Assembly (NCBI GenBank): GCA_032718475.1
Contig: JAUCBJ010007300.1
Coordinates: 62,001-126,000, forward strand
DNA: 64,000 nt
Direction: 5' to 3'
DNA from: Nemertoderma westbladi
Taxonomy: Eukaryota > Animalia > Xenacoelomorpha
In this document: positions 22,384 through 36,300 of the stretch, piece after piece
Numbering within the stretch: position 1 is the first letter of the stretch
Layout of the letters: every line of letters starts with the position of its first letter
The notes under the pieces: model-generated
Told to the model about the DNA's origin: nothing
Seen by the model: the letters and a program-made list of their open reading frames with translations, nothing else
The model's database searches: none
Program-made: the position numbers and the translations under genes

Positions 22384-23990
22384 TGTTGCCGTTATCCCAA
22401 CACCAGGGGGGAAAAACGCCGATGCTGGAGACGTGACTTTACAGACCACCGAGCCCCGGCCAGTCACCGGATATTGATTGTGGGGAGGGAATGTTTTCTG
22501 AGATGCAGGGTTGCGGTTGAGAAAAAGCTGCATTAGTTGGATATACTCTTTAATGTAACTGAACTCTGTTGAACCTTGTTCACAATATTGAACCCTGATT
22601 AAGAATAATTTTGGGCTTCCCCAAATCAATATACACCAAATATTCACAATAATTATACACGATAATATAAATCCCTACGGTATATTATTTAATAACCCAC
22701 TGTTCGCTCAGAATTTTAGCCTACCTAATGTTCCCAGATTTTCCCTCAGTCCCAGTCTTAGTGCCGTAGTGTCGGTGTCGGTCGACCCTGTCGCGTGTCC
22801 GTTCCACCCCTCACGAACCCCGAAGGGAACGATCATCGAGAACCAGCACGGCTTGGCTAAGGGTCGGTCCAGTCGGTAGACTCTGTCGCGTATCCGTACC
22901 ACCCCTCTCGAACCCCGAAGGGTTCGGTCATCGAGAACCAGTACGGCTTGGCTAGGAGTCTGTCGTGTCGGTGGACCCGTTCGCGTGTCCGTTCCACCCC
23001 TCACGAACCCCGAAGGGTTCGATCATCGAGAACCAGAACGGCTTGGCTAGGGGTCCGTCGGTTCATCACAGAAACCCAACCACCTAGGCTTTCCGAGTCC
23101 GTTTCAGGCTCGTAGTCGCTTCGGCAGCCGAGAAACTGCTCCGAACAGTCGGTAGGCCAGTAGAGTCTAGTCGAGTCTAGTCCTTTGTCTTTCGACCCCA
23201 TCGCGTGTCCGTTCCACCCCTCACGAACCCCGAAGGGTTCGATCATCGAGAACCAGTACGGCTTGGCTAAGGGGTCTGTCGTCGGTTCCCGTCGCAAATC
23301 CCAGTACAAGCAGTCAGCGTTCCGAGTTCTTTTCAGGCTCGTAGTAGCTGCCGTTGACCAGAGACCGCTAAGGGCAGTCCTTGTCAAACCTGTCCTGTGG
23401 CCAGCCCTTTCGCATGTCCGTCCCACCCCTCACGAACCCCGAAGGGATCGGTCATCGAGAACCAGTACGGCTTAGGTCAGGGGGCAGTCGTTAGTTGGCC
23501 ACCTGTTCGCGTGTCCGCTCCACCCCTCACGAACCCCGGGGTTCGATCATCGAGAACCAGAACGGCTTGGCTACTAAGGGGCCGTCGGTGCCCGTCGCAA
23601 ATCCCTGACACAAGCAGTCAGCGGTCCGAGTTCTTTTCAGTCTCGTAATGGCTGCTGTTGGCCAGGGACCGCTAAGGGCAGTCCTTGTCCTTTAGGCCTG
23701 GCGCATTACCAAATCCACCCCTACAGGCAGCAGGAAGTTGGCCAGGGCCTAATAGTACTCAGGCTAACCTGAATACTGCTTGCATTTTCCATCCCCCCTG
23801 GCCCTTATAACTATGAAATTATTCCCGTACCCTGTAAGTTGCCCCAAAGTTCGCCCATAAATCGCCCCCAGTTTATTGAATGTGCCCAAAACCCATGGTC
23901 CCGCACCCAGTAGTAATATCGGAATAATCAATTTTAATAAAATACAAAAATATTCAACTCGCGTTATGGAAAGTTGAAATACCGCGAACA
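22384..23990 (-). repeat. 5' LTR (1607 bp)
   Basis: Direct repeat of 13036-14642 at offset 9348. Confidence 0.95.
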
Positions 23991-24184
23991 ATCTGAACAT
24001 ATAATTAATAATTGAATCATTACTTTTCTCGATCTAAAAAACTTTTTCCACACTTAAAAATAAAGAAAAATACTTTTTGTGCTTATTGATATTGAGTTTA
24101 CATTTTGGCATCATATTTGACACAGGTGATAGATTACCGTCATGTATGAAAATTTCACAGAATTATTGTTTATTTTGTTTACAG

Positions 24185-24314
24185 TCATGCAGCAATGTTT
24201 GACATTATGTGTTTATGTGCCCAAGCAGAGTCTCCTCCTGATACCGCAGATTGCGATTCAAATTGTAACGACGATGGCATTGGGTGTCAGGAGCAACTGA
24301 TACTCAAAGGTGAT
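24185..24314 (+). CDS. Host exon, WSC-like Cys-rich segment
   Basis: acag|...gat|gtaagt; HAAMFDIMCLC...DCDSNCNDDGIGCQ. Confidence 0.7.
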
Positions 24315-27300
24315 GTAAGTATCACAATTAGGAAGATGTATTTAAAGATAGGGGGTTGTACGCAATCAAAATATCAATAAAAATTTATGGAATTAACATA
24401 TTTATCCATGTTGGGGTATTATCAGGCGCCAGGGCTTAGGAATACAGTATTATAGCAATACATGGTGTTTATTTAAATTTCATCGCTAATATTTGATCAT
24501 CGAATACTTTGAACATTAATATCCAAGGCGTTCTAGAACTAAAGTTAAAAATTTAGTTCTAGAAAGCCTTGATAATGTATTTAATATATCATCGATATAT
24601 GTTATATTTCATAATTTCGGTGTCATTTGAAAGCAAATATACTACCTTAAACTTTTCATATGTCCGAATTTTGTGTTTTTGTGTTATAGGCCACTAATCT
24701 ATATGCCCCACTCATACGTGTTATATACGTGATTAGTAAGTAATTATTCATCACAGACTTAATGGTTTTAGATGTGTTGTTCAGCTGGCCATGCCATTTG
24801 ATTAAGTACAAGTGTTGGGGGCGGACAAATCATCTTGTTTATTGGATTAATAAAGAGATAATTATGTAAACTTTCTTACTTTTATTTTGTCCGGTTGAAC
24901 ATTTTGCTATGGTGACTACTTTATTTATAGTTAGTATTTATCAAATTAGAAGGTTAAATTTGTTTAATTTTGTTTTGTATATTCGAATTGTTTGTTGAGA
25001 ACAATCCCCCCCCCCCCCCCCCCGATCGAAGTAGTGCCAAATTTTTCTTACTGCTGGCGGAGCCGGATTTTTTAATTTATTAGCCATTTCGATAAACCGT
25101 TGAAAAACGCCTTTTTGGCAATATTTGACCATATCTGTTGTCTATATGTTTAATCATTTGAATGTAATCTAGATATTATCTGAAAACCGTTTTAAATTTC
25201 ATTAAAATTTGTCAAAGATATTATCAAAATACTAAGGTGTAAATGTTGAGACGTAAATCGCTATAATTATCTCTGAATGGCACATATACAAGAATGCTAC
25301 GCCGGGTTAACTGTGTCAAGCAGAATGAACACACTATACAACATTCGAAGTCACATGGAATAAAACAGAATCTCAAGGTTCGATTATTTATGGCAGTAGT
25401 AGTACCAGTACCCCTATATGGGAGTCCATGCTGGGTTCTAACTGAGAGGAAACCAATGCTGCGACGGATTCATTGTGTCAAGTACAATGAGAACACATCT
25501 CCAATCAGACTCTATACAACACTGGTGGTGTTTCATTAGTCTTTCCTAGCTTGACACTTGAACGGAACCGCCTCAGCTATGCAGGACATTGCTTTCGCCG
25601 TGAGAATAAGCCAGTGCATAATCTTATGCTTTAGCGGTCTCATGGAGTGAATAAGCATGGTGGACAGCAAATGACTTTCTTGAGACGCATCTTTAAGGAC
25701 ACTGGCCTTTTAGGATGCGGATGATCTAGCAAATGTCATAGGTGATGGGGAGTTGTGGCGGCGCAATTTTGACGACAAGCCGGCACAACATTCTTAATAT
25801 ACATGTAATATATGTAATGCAGCTACAATACAGCATGCCGATCGTAGTAGTAGTATAGTTGTTTTGTAATAATTAAAGTAAATAAATACATAAATGTGTG
25901 TATTTCTCTGATAGTTCAATGAATGAGTATTGTATATAAATATAATGTTTATTTACTTCTGCTGTATCAGATGTCCGAAGGAACTCCGCTACTCTATCAT
26001 AACAAATACCAGAGTATCTACGATGCGTCAACCTTCCTAATGAATATGATGAACGTCTCTGTGATAAACGATGGAATACTTTATTCCTTCAGTGATGTCG
26101 TCATAGCAACTGCGATTACTGATCCGGCTGGGATTGGAATGTTGCTGTACAGGTAATTGTTTTAGTATAATAGACAACTGAAAATTATGGAAATGAAATA
26201 TAGTACATAATATAGTTAATATTTTTGTATGTTGGTGGATTGACACATCAAGGTCTGTACTTTGTAGATACAGGAAGATTTCCACAGAAAATAGGGAGCT
26301 ATTGAATGCATATATTTATATGCAAACGACTTTATTTTATATCTAACATGACTACAGATATACATTTTTTAATGTGTTAATATGTTATATAACAGTTTTA
26401 AGAAGAGAAACAAAAAACACATTGAAAATTATTAAAAATATTAAAAAAAACAACAAATAAATCGTTTTAAACTGTTCGATTTTTGGCAATCGTTTAAATC
26501 CTAGATTAAATACTATTATTATTACACAGGCGTTACGAATTGGAGTTTAATGGAAAATATTCTAGTTGGATGCCAGACAGAGAAATCACTGTGCAGTATA
26601 CGAGACCGGGGACTTTCTACATACCAGCAGAAATAGATTCACCTAAGGTGGGTTATGTATCTGGCTGGAAACCAAATGAACTGATTCTGGGATGGCACCG
26701 GTCATATAAATACCTCACTGATTTGTAGGAATTAATTATCGATCTTAAATTACATATATAAATAACAATGATTAAAATAAAATGATAGATGTACAGTATA
26801 ATTGTAGTAGATACTAATGATTAAAATAAAATGATAGATGTACTGTATAATTGTAGTAGATACTATTGTCAATTATAGTGGTTTTATTGCAATACCACTA
26901 TAATACCACTATAATTAGGTTATGTATTCACCACTATGATACATTTTCACTGCATGGTAATATGTATTCATAAGCTAAGGATACTGTTTCCTGAACAACA
27001 GGCAACAACACTAACACTGAGGCGTTATGCCACAGATAAGACTTGGGTAAATTGTGTTTTGTTATTCGTGATAGATTGTATTGACCCGTATTACCATAAA
27101 ATATTTTATATATTATATGTTTTATTTAATTTCTGTGAAACAGGAGGTTTGGTCTTCGCAAAGAATAACAGTTGAAGAAGAACTCAACGAGTTTACAACC
27201 TCTCTATTCTGTGCGGTATTAGCGCCATCCACGGGAGAAGCGAAATGTATTGTACGAGCTTTATTTGGAACAAACTTAAAAGTTCAAGTAGACTGGTCGA

Positions 27301-30300
27301 ATGGTGATTCGGAGCCGCTTACTATATATCCCACGGGTAATAATAATAACCTTATATTTATCAATTTCAATCGATAAGATATCTATAATTTACTAAATTG
27401 AACTTTTGAAGGGAATTGCATCAGGTTTGCTTTACTGTGGGGCGAGCCACGAAAGTAAGTGAGCTTATTATACGCGGGAACCACTATCTAAATTGGTGTG
27501 TCTTTAGAATTGTCGTTTTGTTGTTCTGTCGATTCGAATATTCCAAAGTTAAAAAAATGTTAAAAATCGTGCTGCGCAAAGGCCCACGAACGTGTAATTT
27601 AAATGTCAATGAGATTGTGAAAAACTCTCGAAATAATCTGGATAGTTTTTTTGTTTCAACATTCATCCTCCTTCAACATTCATTCTTTGTAGATCCTGTA
27701 AGCTTCACTGCTGGCTACCCTATTCCCTGGTATTTGCACCTAAATGTTGATTATACAGTGAAGACAGCAAGTTCTGATGTCATGATTATGGCCACCCCAT
27801 TTAAACAACATGGGTATCTGAAGGCGGCTGAAGTATATTGCACTGGTCCTGGGACTATCATTGTTGCTGTAAGTACAACATATCATGATGGATACATACA
27901 ATACAGTATTGAGCAGGATTTGAGTCCAAGATTAGACAAAATAAATGTCTGAGGATTCAAGTTCTATAAAACAAGATTATCTAACCTATGGATTGATAGG
28001 AGCTCTAGAATTATTATTGTCTAATAATTAAACTAGGGCAGATTTCAGATTTAGCTATATACCTTGTACTGTATATAGTTTTATATTCTTCATATGTAAA
28101 GAAATATTAGCTGTGCTTGATCTGTAAATTCACAGCCAAATTTTTACTTAACAAATTTTAAAATTCTTCAAATGTCATTTATAAATTATACAGAATGGAA
28201 AACACAATAAAATAAAAAATGTCAGACAATCTGCCTTGGTAACCTACCCACATAAGCAGAGTGTCTGACATATTACCTTAGAAATTATTATACTGTAGGT
28301 AGTATTTTATTATATATAAATTATGTTTTCAGGTATTTAAACCCACATGCTTAGATGGAATTGACAAATGTTTCGTAGGTAGTATTTTATTATATATAAA
28401 TTATGTTTTCAGGTATTTAAACCCACATGCTTAGATGGAATTGACAAATGTTTCGTATTTCCAAAAAATGAATGTGAACAGAAATTTGATGAGAAACTTA
28501 CATGTAACTACTACGAGAAGACATCATGCGCTAGTGATACCAATTTGTGTGATCAGAATACGTGTTGGAATGAAGGAATCAGTAGCTGTGATGATCCTCC
28601 TACAATTACACCAACTTCTTACATTCGGGTTTGTGAACAATATGTCCAAGTGTGTTAATTGTGTGAAAATTGAAGTTGAAGAGTACAATAATGAAAAACT
28701 GCAGTATTCACTTTTGTGTGCAGTATAAAAATAAATACAATAGTACTACTGAAAGTTATTAGGTTATTAATAATTTACTGTGGGTGTACTATAATAACAT
28801 TTTATAATTGTACTGTACATTGTACATAGTTACATCCTTTATTATTGAGGGATGTTTTTTATTAGTCTTAGGTTTGTGTAATATTATTGTAGATGTTCGA
28901 GCTTTAGGGGTAATCCTATATGTACTGTTGGATGGAAAGGTGTAAAGGTTCTGACAAACTGTTTTATTATCTTCTCTCTAGTGGTATATAAATGAAACTG
29001 TAAGTGAGATTAGTAGATATATTTACATGTGCCATCCTGCGGTTGATATTAGTATTTGTATTAGTCTAACAATACCCCCTCGCAATGAATGATACTTGCA
29101 CTAACGTAACGCTAAGTTTGTATAACACACTCATGCAAATATATCTCGCGTAATTATTTAATAATATATATCTAAATATGTATAGTGTATTGTTTTCCAC
29201 TTCTTAAAGTTTTTGTAACCGTATTAGTTCGTGGTGGATGATCTGTGTTCTGCGATACGGGTTGTATTATTTCTTCCCTTTCTCCTTCTCGACGTTGATG
29301 TGTCGTTGTAATTGACTTAATCTTGGTTGTCTATTTGTAGATGGAGGAAGTTGTAGACGTGTTCTTCTTTCTTCTTGATGTATCCACGGGGTGTTTCTTC
29401 TTCGTAGCTGATTTACATTCCTTTTCAACTCGATCTCTCCAATGCGAACTTTGTACACACGTGATCCTTGGTGAGCTATAATTTTCCCCGGTAACCAATG
29501 TTCTACAACCTGACCTCTTCCTTGCTTTGCGTAATTCTTTACCCACACAGCTTCGCCCGTGTCGAATTTTCCTTTTGTTTCTGTGTGAGGATTGACCGGA
29601 TAGTTGATTAATCATTGTAATCGGTTTTTAATCTGCGCTTTAAATATTGTCGCATTTGGTGTAAAACCTGTAGGTGAGTATGGCGTCTCTTTAGGGTCAA
29701 TATTCAGTGTTTTAATATTTTTTATTCAGTATAAATTTATATTCAGTAATAATTAATATCTTTCAGTGTTCTACAATATCGTTCAGTAATACTGAATTAT
29801 CTTTCAGTATTTACTGAATTATCTTTCAGTAATACTGAATTATCTTTCAGTATTTACTGAATTATCTTTCAGTATTTACTGAATTATCTTTCAGTATTTA
29901 CTGAATTATCTTTCAGTATTTACTGAATTATCTTTTAGTATTTACTGAATTATCTTTCAGTATTTACTGAATTATCTTTCAGTATTTACTGAATTATCTT
30001 TCAGTATTTACTGAATTATCTTTCAGTATTTACTGAATTATCTTTCAGTATTTACTGAATTATCTTTCAGTATTTACTGAATTATCTTTCAGTATTTACT
30101 GAATTATCTTTCAGTATTTACTGAATTATCTTTCAGTATTTACTGAATTATCTTTCAGTATTTACTGAATTATCTTTCAGTATTTACTGAATTATCTTTC
30201 AGTATTTACTGAATTATCTTTCAGTATTTACTGAATTATCTTTCACTAATACTGAATTACCTTTCAGTATTTACTGAATTATCTTTCAGTATTTACTGAA

Positions 30301-33300
30301 TTATCTTTCAGTATTTACTGAATTATCTTTCAGTATTTACTGAATTATCTTTAGTATTTACTGAATTATCTTTCAGTAATACTGAATTATCTTTCAGTAT
30401 TTACTGAATTATCTTTCAGTATTTACTGAATTATCTTTCAGTATTTACTGAATTATCTTTCAGTATTTACTGAATTATCTTTCAGTATTTACTGAATTAT
30501 CTTTCAGTATTTACTGAATTATCTTTCAGTATTTACTGAATTATCTTTCAGTATTTACTGAATTATCTTTCAGTATTTACTGAATTATCTTTTAGTATTT
30601 ACTGAATTATCTTTCAGTATTTACTGAATTATCTTTCAGTATTTACTGAATTATCTTTCAGTACTTACTGAATTATCTTTCAGTATTTACTGAATTATCT
30701 TTCAGTATTTACTGAATTATCTTTCAGTATTTACTGAATTATCTTTCAGTAGTTACTGAATTATCTTTCAGTATTTACTGAATTGCCACACTGAACTGCA
30801 TCGACATGCCACAGTGAGTTCGCCGCTTTTACATAATACTCACGACGTCTCACGAGCGCACCCCATCGCTGAGCACTTAAAATCGGATCAATATCTCTCA
30901 ACGTACGATGGACGCGCTTTAATGTAACTATAATCCCTTTAGCTAACAGCAAGCCTTTCACTAGTCGACATCCTGCATGAACATGAGTTTCGTGGATTTT
31001 TTGAACTTCTTGTCTCAGATCGTCATCTGATATTTCTGTAAAAGACGTTTCTCGTTGTATACCGAATTCTCGAACTCGACGTGTGATTGTAGAACGACTA
31101 ACTCCTAACATCTTACTTATGTCTGTCCAGGTGAAGTTCGAGTCACGTAAATATTCTAGAAGTTCCTTAGGTATTACATAATAAGGTCGACCCTCATTCC
31201 CAGTCCGTGCTTGAGATATAAGTACTTCCGCAGGCATTGTGCAACAAAAACTTCTTTCAATATTCAGATTCTGTACCCATTTTAACCAATTTCTTGTTTC
31301 GACTCCCAGTATACCAAGTTGTTCACTTTGATGAGTTGAATCTATAATTTCTAGTGTAGAAATATAATACTCCATTCGACGACACAGCTGTTCATATTCA
31401 TTTTGATTTATACCGTCAGTCGGAATTCTGGAACACTTCAGTATTGCTTGTTCAATTTCGTGATGAAATAACCCCGCAGGATCTGCCATACTGTATGTCT
31501 ACTAGTACCGGTACAATATTCTCGCAACCTAACAAGTAACTTAAAATTCCCTCTACATACATTATTCTAGAATGCGCCTTTTTGTATTGGCCTATTGAAT
31601 TCAAGGAATTTATAATAATGAGTGATTTTATTCTGATGTGCTATGGCAAATACTGAAAGATAATTCAGTAAATACTGAAAGATAATTCAGTAAATACTGA
31701 AAGATAATTCAGTAAATACTGAAAGATAATTCAGTAAATACTGAAAGATAATTCAGTAAATACTGAAAGATAATTCAGTAAATACTGAAAGATAATTCAG
31801 TAAATACTGAAAGATAATTCAGTAAATACTGAAAGATAATTCAGTAAATACTGAAAGATAATTCAGTAAGTACTGAAAGATAATTCAGTAAATACTGAAA
31901 GATAATTCAGTAAATACTGAAAGATAATTCAGTAAATACTGAAAGATAATTCAGTAAATACTGAAAGATAATTCAGTAAATACTGAAAGATAATTCAGTA
32001 AATACTGAAAGATAATTCAGTAAATACTGAAAGATAATTCAGTATTACTGAACGATAATTTATTAATTACTAAAAGATATTGTAGAACACTGAAAGATAT
32101 TAATTATTACTGAATGTAAATTTATACTGAATAAAAAATATTAAAACACTGAATATTGACCCTAAAGAGACGCCATAGGTGAGTAAATGGAATTTCTATC
32201 TTGTAATAGAAAGTCACTTATGCGATGTACATTGGTTTATCATTTCCTTGTTTCTTGAGCGATTGTTTCATCGTTTGTACCATTTGTTCAGCTGCTCCAT
32301 TTGATGATGGTGAATATGGTGCTGACGTCCAATGTGTAATTCCATTGTTGGTAAAGAATGTTTCAATCTCATTTGAAACGAATTGAGGTCCATTATCCGT
32401 AAATATAATTTCCGGTACTCCAATGAAAGATAGAATATTCTTCAATTGGGAAATTACTGCAGTGGATGTTGTAGTTTTCATTAATCGTATGTCTTTCCAA
32501 CCTGAATATACATCAACTAATCCTAATAGCTGACATCCTTCCAATTCTGCTAAGTCTATGTGGACTCTTTGGAAAGGTTCAGTTGACTTTTGTAATGGCG
32601 TGTACGTCTTTGATGGCGAATTGGCAAATTGCTGACAAGCAATGCATGACTGTATGTAAAGTTTGATATCTTCTGCCATCCCTGGCCACCAACAAACTTC
32701 TGATACTTGATGTATCATGCATTTTTCACCAATATGAGCTGAATGAAGTTCATTTAGAATCTTCGTACGTAGTATTTCCGGAATAATAATACGCATTCCA
32801 TGTATTATTATACCTTCATTAACTGCTAATTCATTTTCAATCGATTTGTAAAATCGTAATTGAGGTGTTCCTTTGATTCCATGAATACTTTCTCCACATT
32901 CAATAGCATTCTTTAGATGTCCTAAAGTACTATCAGTGTGTGTAGCTTTAGCTTCTCTGATATTTTGTTTACTTATAGGAAAGTCGTCAATAAGTTGTTT
33001 ACGTTGTAAATCTATACTATGCAAATCAATATCGTCGTTGTAATATGTTGAAACTGATGGCGGTGTAAGACGTGATAACGAATCTGTGATGTTCTCGTTT
33101 GATCTTACTGTCTCAACTGTGTAATCGTAAGCGGCTAACTCAACTGCCCAATGTTGTAATCGTGATATCGTTGTAACTGGTAATGATTTCGAAGGTGATA
33201 ATATCCGTTTCAAAGGAACATTATCTGTAATTAATTTGAATTTTCTTCCGAGCAGATAGTGTTTGAATTTTCGTACACCAAATATTATTGCTAATCCTTC

Positions 33301-36300
33301 TCTATCTAACTGAGAATAAGCTTGTTGTCTTTTATCTAAGTTCTCAGATGCGAATGCAATCGGTTTAAATTCACCCTCCTCGTCTTTTTGTCCAAGTATT
33401 GCTGATACTGTATATTCCAAAGCATCTGTTATAATTAATGGTATCCTATCTGGATGGTGTAAAAGTGTTGCTTGCGCAGTAGCTGTTTTAAGTAAGTTGT
33501 AACTTTCTATAGCTTTCTCATTCCATGTAAATGTATTGCCTTGTAGTAATTTATACAATGGATGGGATAATTCAGCATATTTGGGGATGTATTTTCGTAA
33601 ATAATTCATTGTACCCATCACACTTTGTAATTCCTTTTTCGTGGAAGGTATTTGTAACTCTTGTATTGCTGTCACTTTTCTTGGATAGCCGTAAATCCCT
33701 TGTCATTTATTATGTGGCCACAGAATTCTATTTCTGTTTGCAGGAATTGACATTTGTTGAGGCCTAAGGTTATCCCTGCTTGTTTGCATGCCTCAAAAAC
33801 AGACTGTAATGTCTCGAAATGTTCCTGTATATTCGGTGATCCTATCAGAATTTCATCAATATATGTTACTGATTTAGTTTCATGTAATACCCGGTTAATA
33901 ACCTTTAAACATTTCGAAGCCGCAGGGGTGATCCCAAAGGGTAGTCTGGTTGGTTTCAATAAACCCAATGGTGTAGCTAATGTTAGTAACGTTTGACTGT
34001 TTTTATCTATGGGAAGCTGATTATATGCGGTTGCCATATCCAATTTTGAAAATATTTTGCTGCCTTGGAATTTCATAGATAACTCTTCCATGGTTATGAG
34101 TGGAAATTGGTCTTCTATGAGGTAAGGATTAACTGTACTCTTGTAATCCCCACATATTCTCACTGAACCGTCTGGCTTTGGAGTTACCACCAAGGGTGTT
34201 GCCCATTCTATATTTTCGTTTAACTCAGGTGGAACTAATCTATGCTATGCTATGTTGTGCTTTAACTGAGCAATGACCTTTTCCTTGAATGCCTGCGGTA
34301 CCGTTCTGGCCTGTAAAAATTTTGGTATCGTATTCTCATCTTTTAAACAAATGCAGGTTTCTTGCCCTTTGTAACAGCCACTGCCTGTAAGAACGTCTCG
34401 ATATTCTTCCAGTAAACTTTGTAGTCGTTTGTCATAACCCTCAGAATTTATCACTTGGTGTACCTTAGTAATATCCTGTTCTATCATGTCATCTATGCTG
34501 CAACCCATTAATTTCATTCGTTTGATCCAATACAAACCGAATAGTGGTATGTGTTCACAATTTTCAGCAACAATAAGTGGCATTGCGATCAATTCTGGCG
34601 CATTCTCTATTTTCACTGTAACATAAATTACGCCTCGTATTTCCGCAATCCCTTTGCAAAATCCTCGTAATTTTGATGTACATTCATGTAATTGTTCATT
34701 GCTGAATTTGTTTTTGTATATTTCGTATGATATGACACTGTGTTTTGCCCCTGGATTAAATTCCATTGTAAGAGGTATTTCATTAATTCGTCTTTGTAAC
34801 ACGATCGAATCCACTTTTGGAAGCTGTACTTTATCTATGGTATGTGGATCGCTTATTTCCGTACTTTGCAAATATATGTTATCGTTGTTTCCTTCATTGT
34901 TATCTCCCATAACATTGTCAATGTCTACAGCATGGGATGTAGGTTTTTTGTCCTGAAAGCGAACACTTTTAGTCTTTTGTTTTTTAATGCACGCTTTTTC
35001 TACATGACCTTTTATGTTGCAAAATGAGCAAACAATGTTAGGATTTAGTCGACAATGGTTTGATTTGTGTCCTTGTTTCCCACACCGATAACATGTTATA
35101 GAATATTGATTGTAATTTTCTGTAGATTTGTAAGGTTTATATGAAGGAGATCTTACCTTTGTATGGCGATATTTATCTTTCGGAAATCCTGAACTTTGTG
35201 TAGTGACGCGAAACGTGTCAAATTCTGGTTTCCTACCTGATTGTGCCACTTTATATGCCTCTTCATAATTTTTTGCTGTAACCAAAGCTTCTGAAAATGA
35301 AATGTCTTTCGCGTGTATTAGTTCTGCTGCAACATGTTCGTCTCGTACCCCAGCAATTAGTTGTTCTCGTAAACGGTCATCTAATGCTTCTTGAAATTCG
35401 CAATTTCTTGAAATATTTCTTAGACGTTTGGCGAAATCCGTGATGTTTTCTCCCAATGTCTGAGTCGCTTGTATGAATCGTTTTCTTTCGACTTCTTTTG
35501 ATTTACCTTTTCTGAAATATTTTGTAAGTGATTTTTCTAAATTTTCGAATCGTTCTTTAGAAATGTCTGCTGGAAACATCAAATCAGATAGTAAATCTAA
35601 AGTTTGTAAACCACAATTAGCGATGAACATGTTTGTTTCAGCCTGTAATATTTCGTTCGGTTCCATTAAATTTCCATCGGCTCTTCTCCATGTAGTTGTA
35701 CGTAGAATTGTATTGAACATTAATAGATAAGTGTCCCATCTATCTGAATCTGGATTAAATGCCTTGCAAATGTTTGTAAATTTAGTTCCCATTGCAGGTG
35801 CGTTTGCCATTCTCGTAAGTTTGTACCGTAATTTGAGTTTGAGTTACACAATCACAATTAATTATCAAAGTTAATTTGATTTGTAAGATTTCAAATTGTA
35901 ATTTGAAATTAAATTATGTAATTAATATATGTAAAATGTGAATGTGAATCTGTACTCGCAGCGCCAATGTTGGATGGAAAGGTGTAAAGGTTCTGACAAA
36001 CTGTTTTATTATCTTCTCTCTAGTGGTATATAAATGAAACTGTAAGTGAGATTAGTAGATATATTTACATGCGCCATCCTGCGGTTGATATTAGTATTTG
36101 TATTAGTCTAACATGTACTTTATGTTGGACAATACCATATACATTGTTAGATGTATTGTTATTGTTTACATAACGTATAGATAAATATAACTATCTATAA
36201 TGCTAACTATCTATAATGCCCTCCTTTGCATTTTATCAGGTTCCTGATAGCGAGATTACTATTGAATGTTCCCAGTCTGGACGGAAAATTATGAAGTTTC

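Larger units (their letters stand above)
13036..23990 (-). mobile_element. Non-autonomous BEL/Pao LTR retrotransposon with exonuclease cargo
   Basis: Two 1607-bp TG...CA LTRs; polypurine tract (plus strand gtcccccccc at 14643) next to the left LTR; BEL gag-protease and integrase C-terminal motifs. Confidence 0.93.
28926..36113 (-). mobile_element. Gypsy (Mag-like) LTR retrotransposon, defective
   Basis: 146-bp LTRs at 28926-29071 and 35968-36113 (1 mismatch); 5-bp TSD TGTAC; PBS TGGCGCTGCGAG; PPT GAGGGGGT; gag-PR-RT-RH-IN order. Confidence 0.95.
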
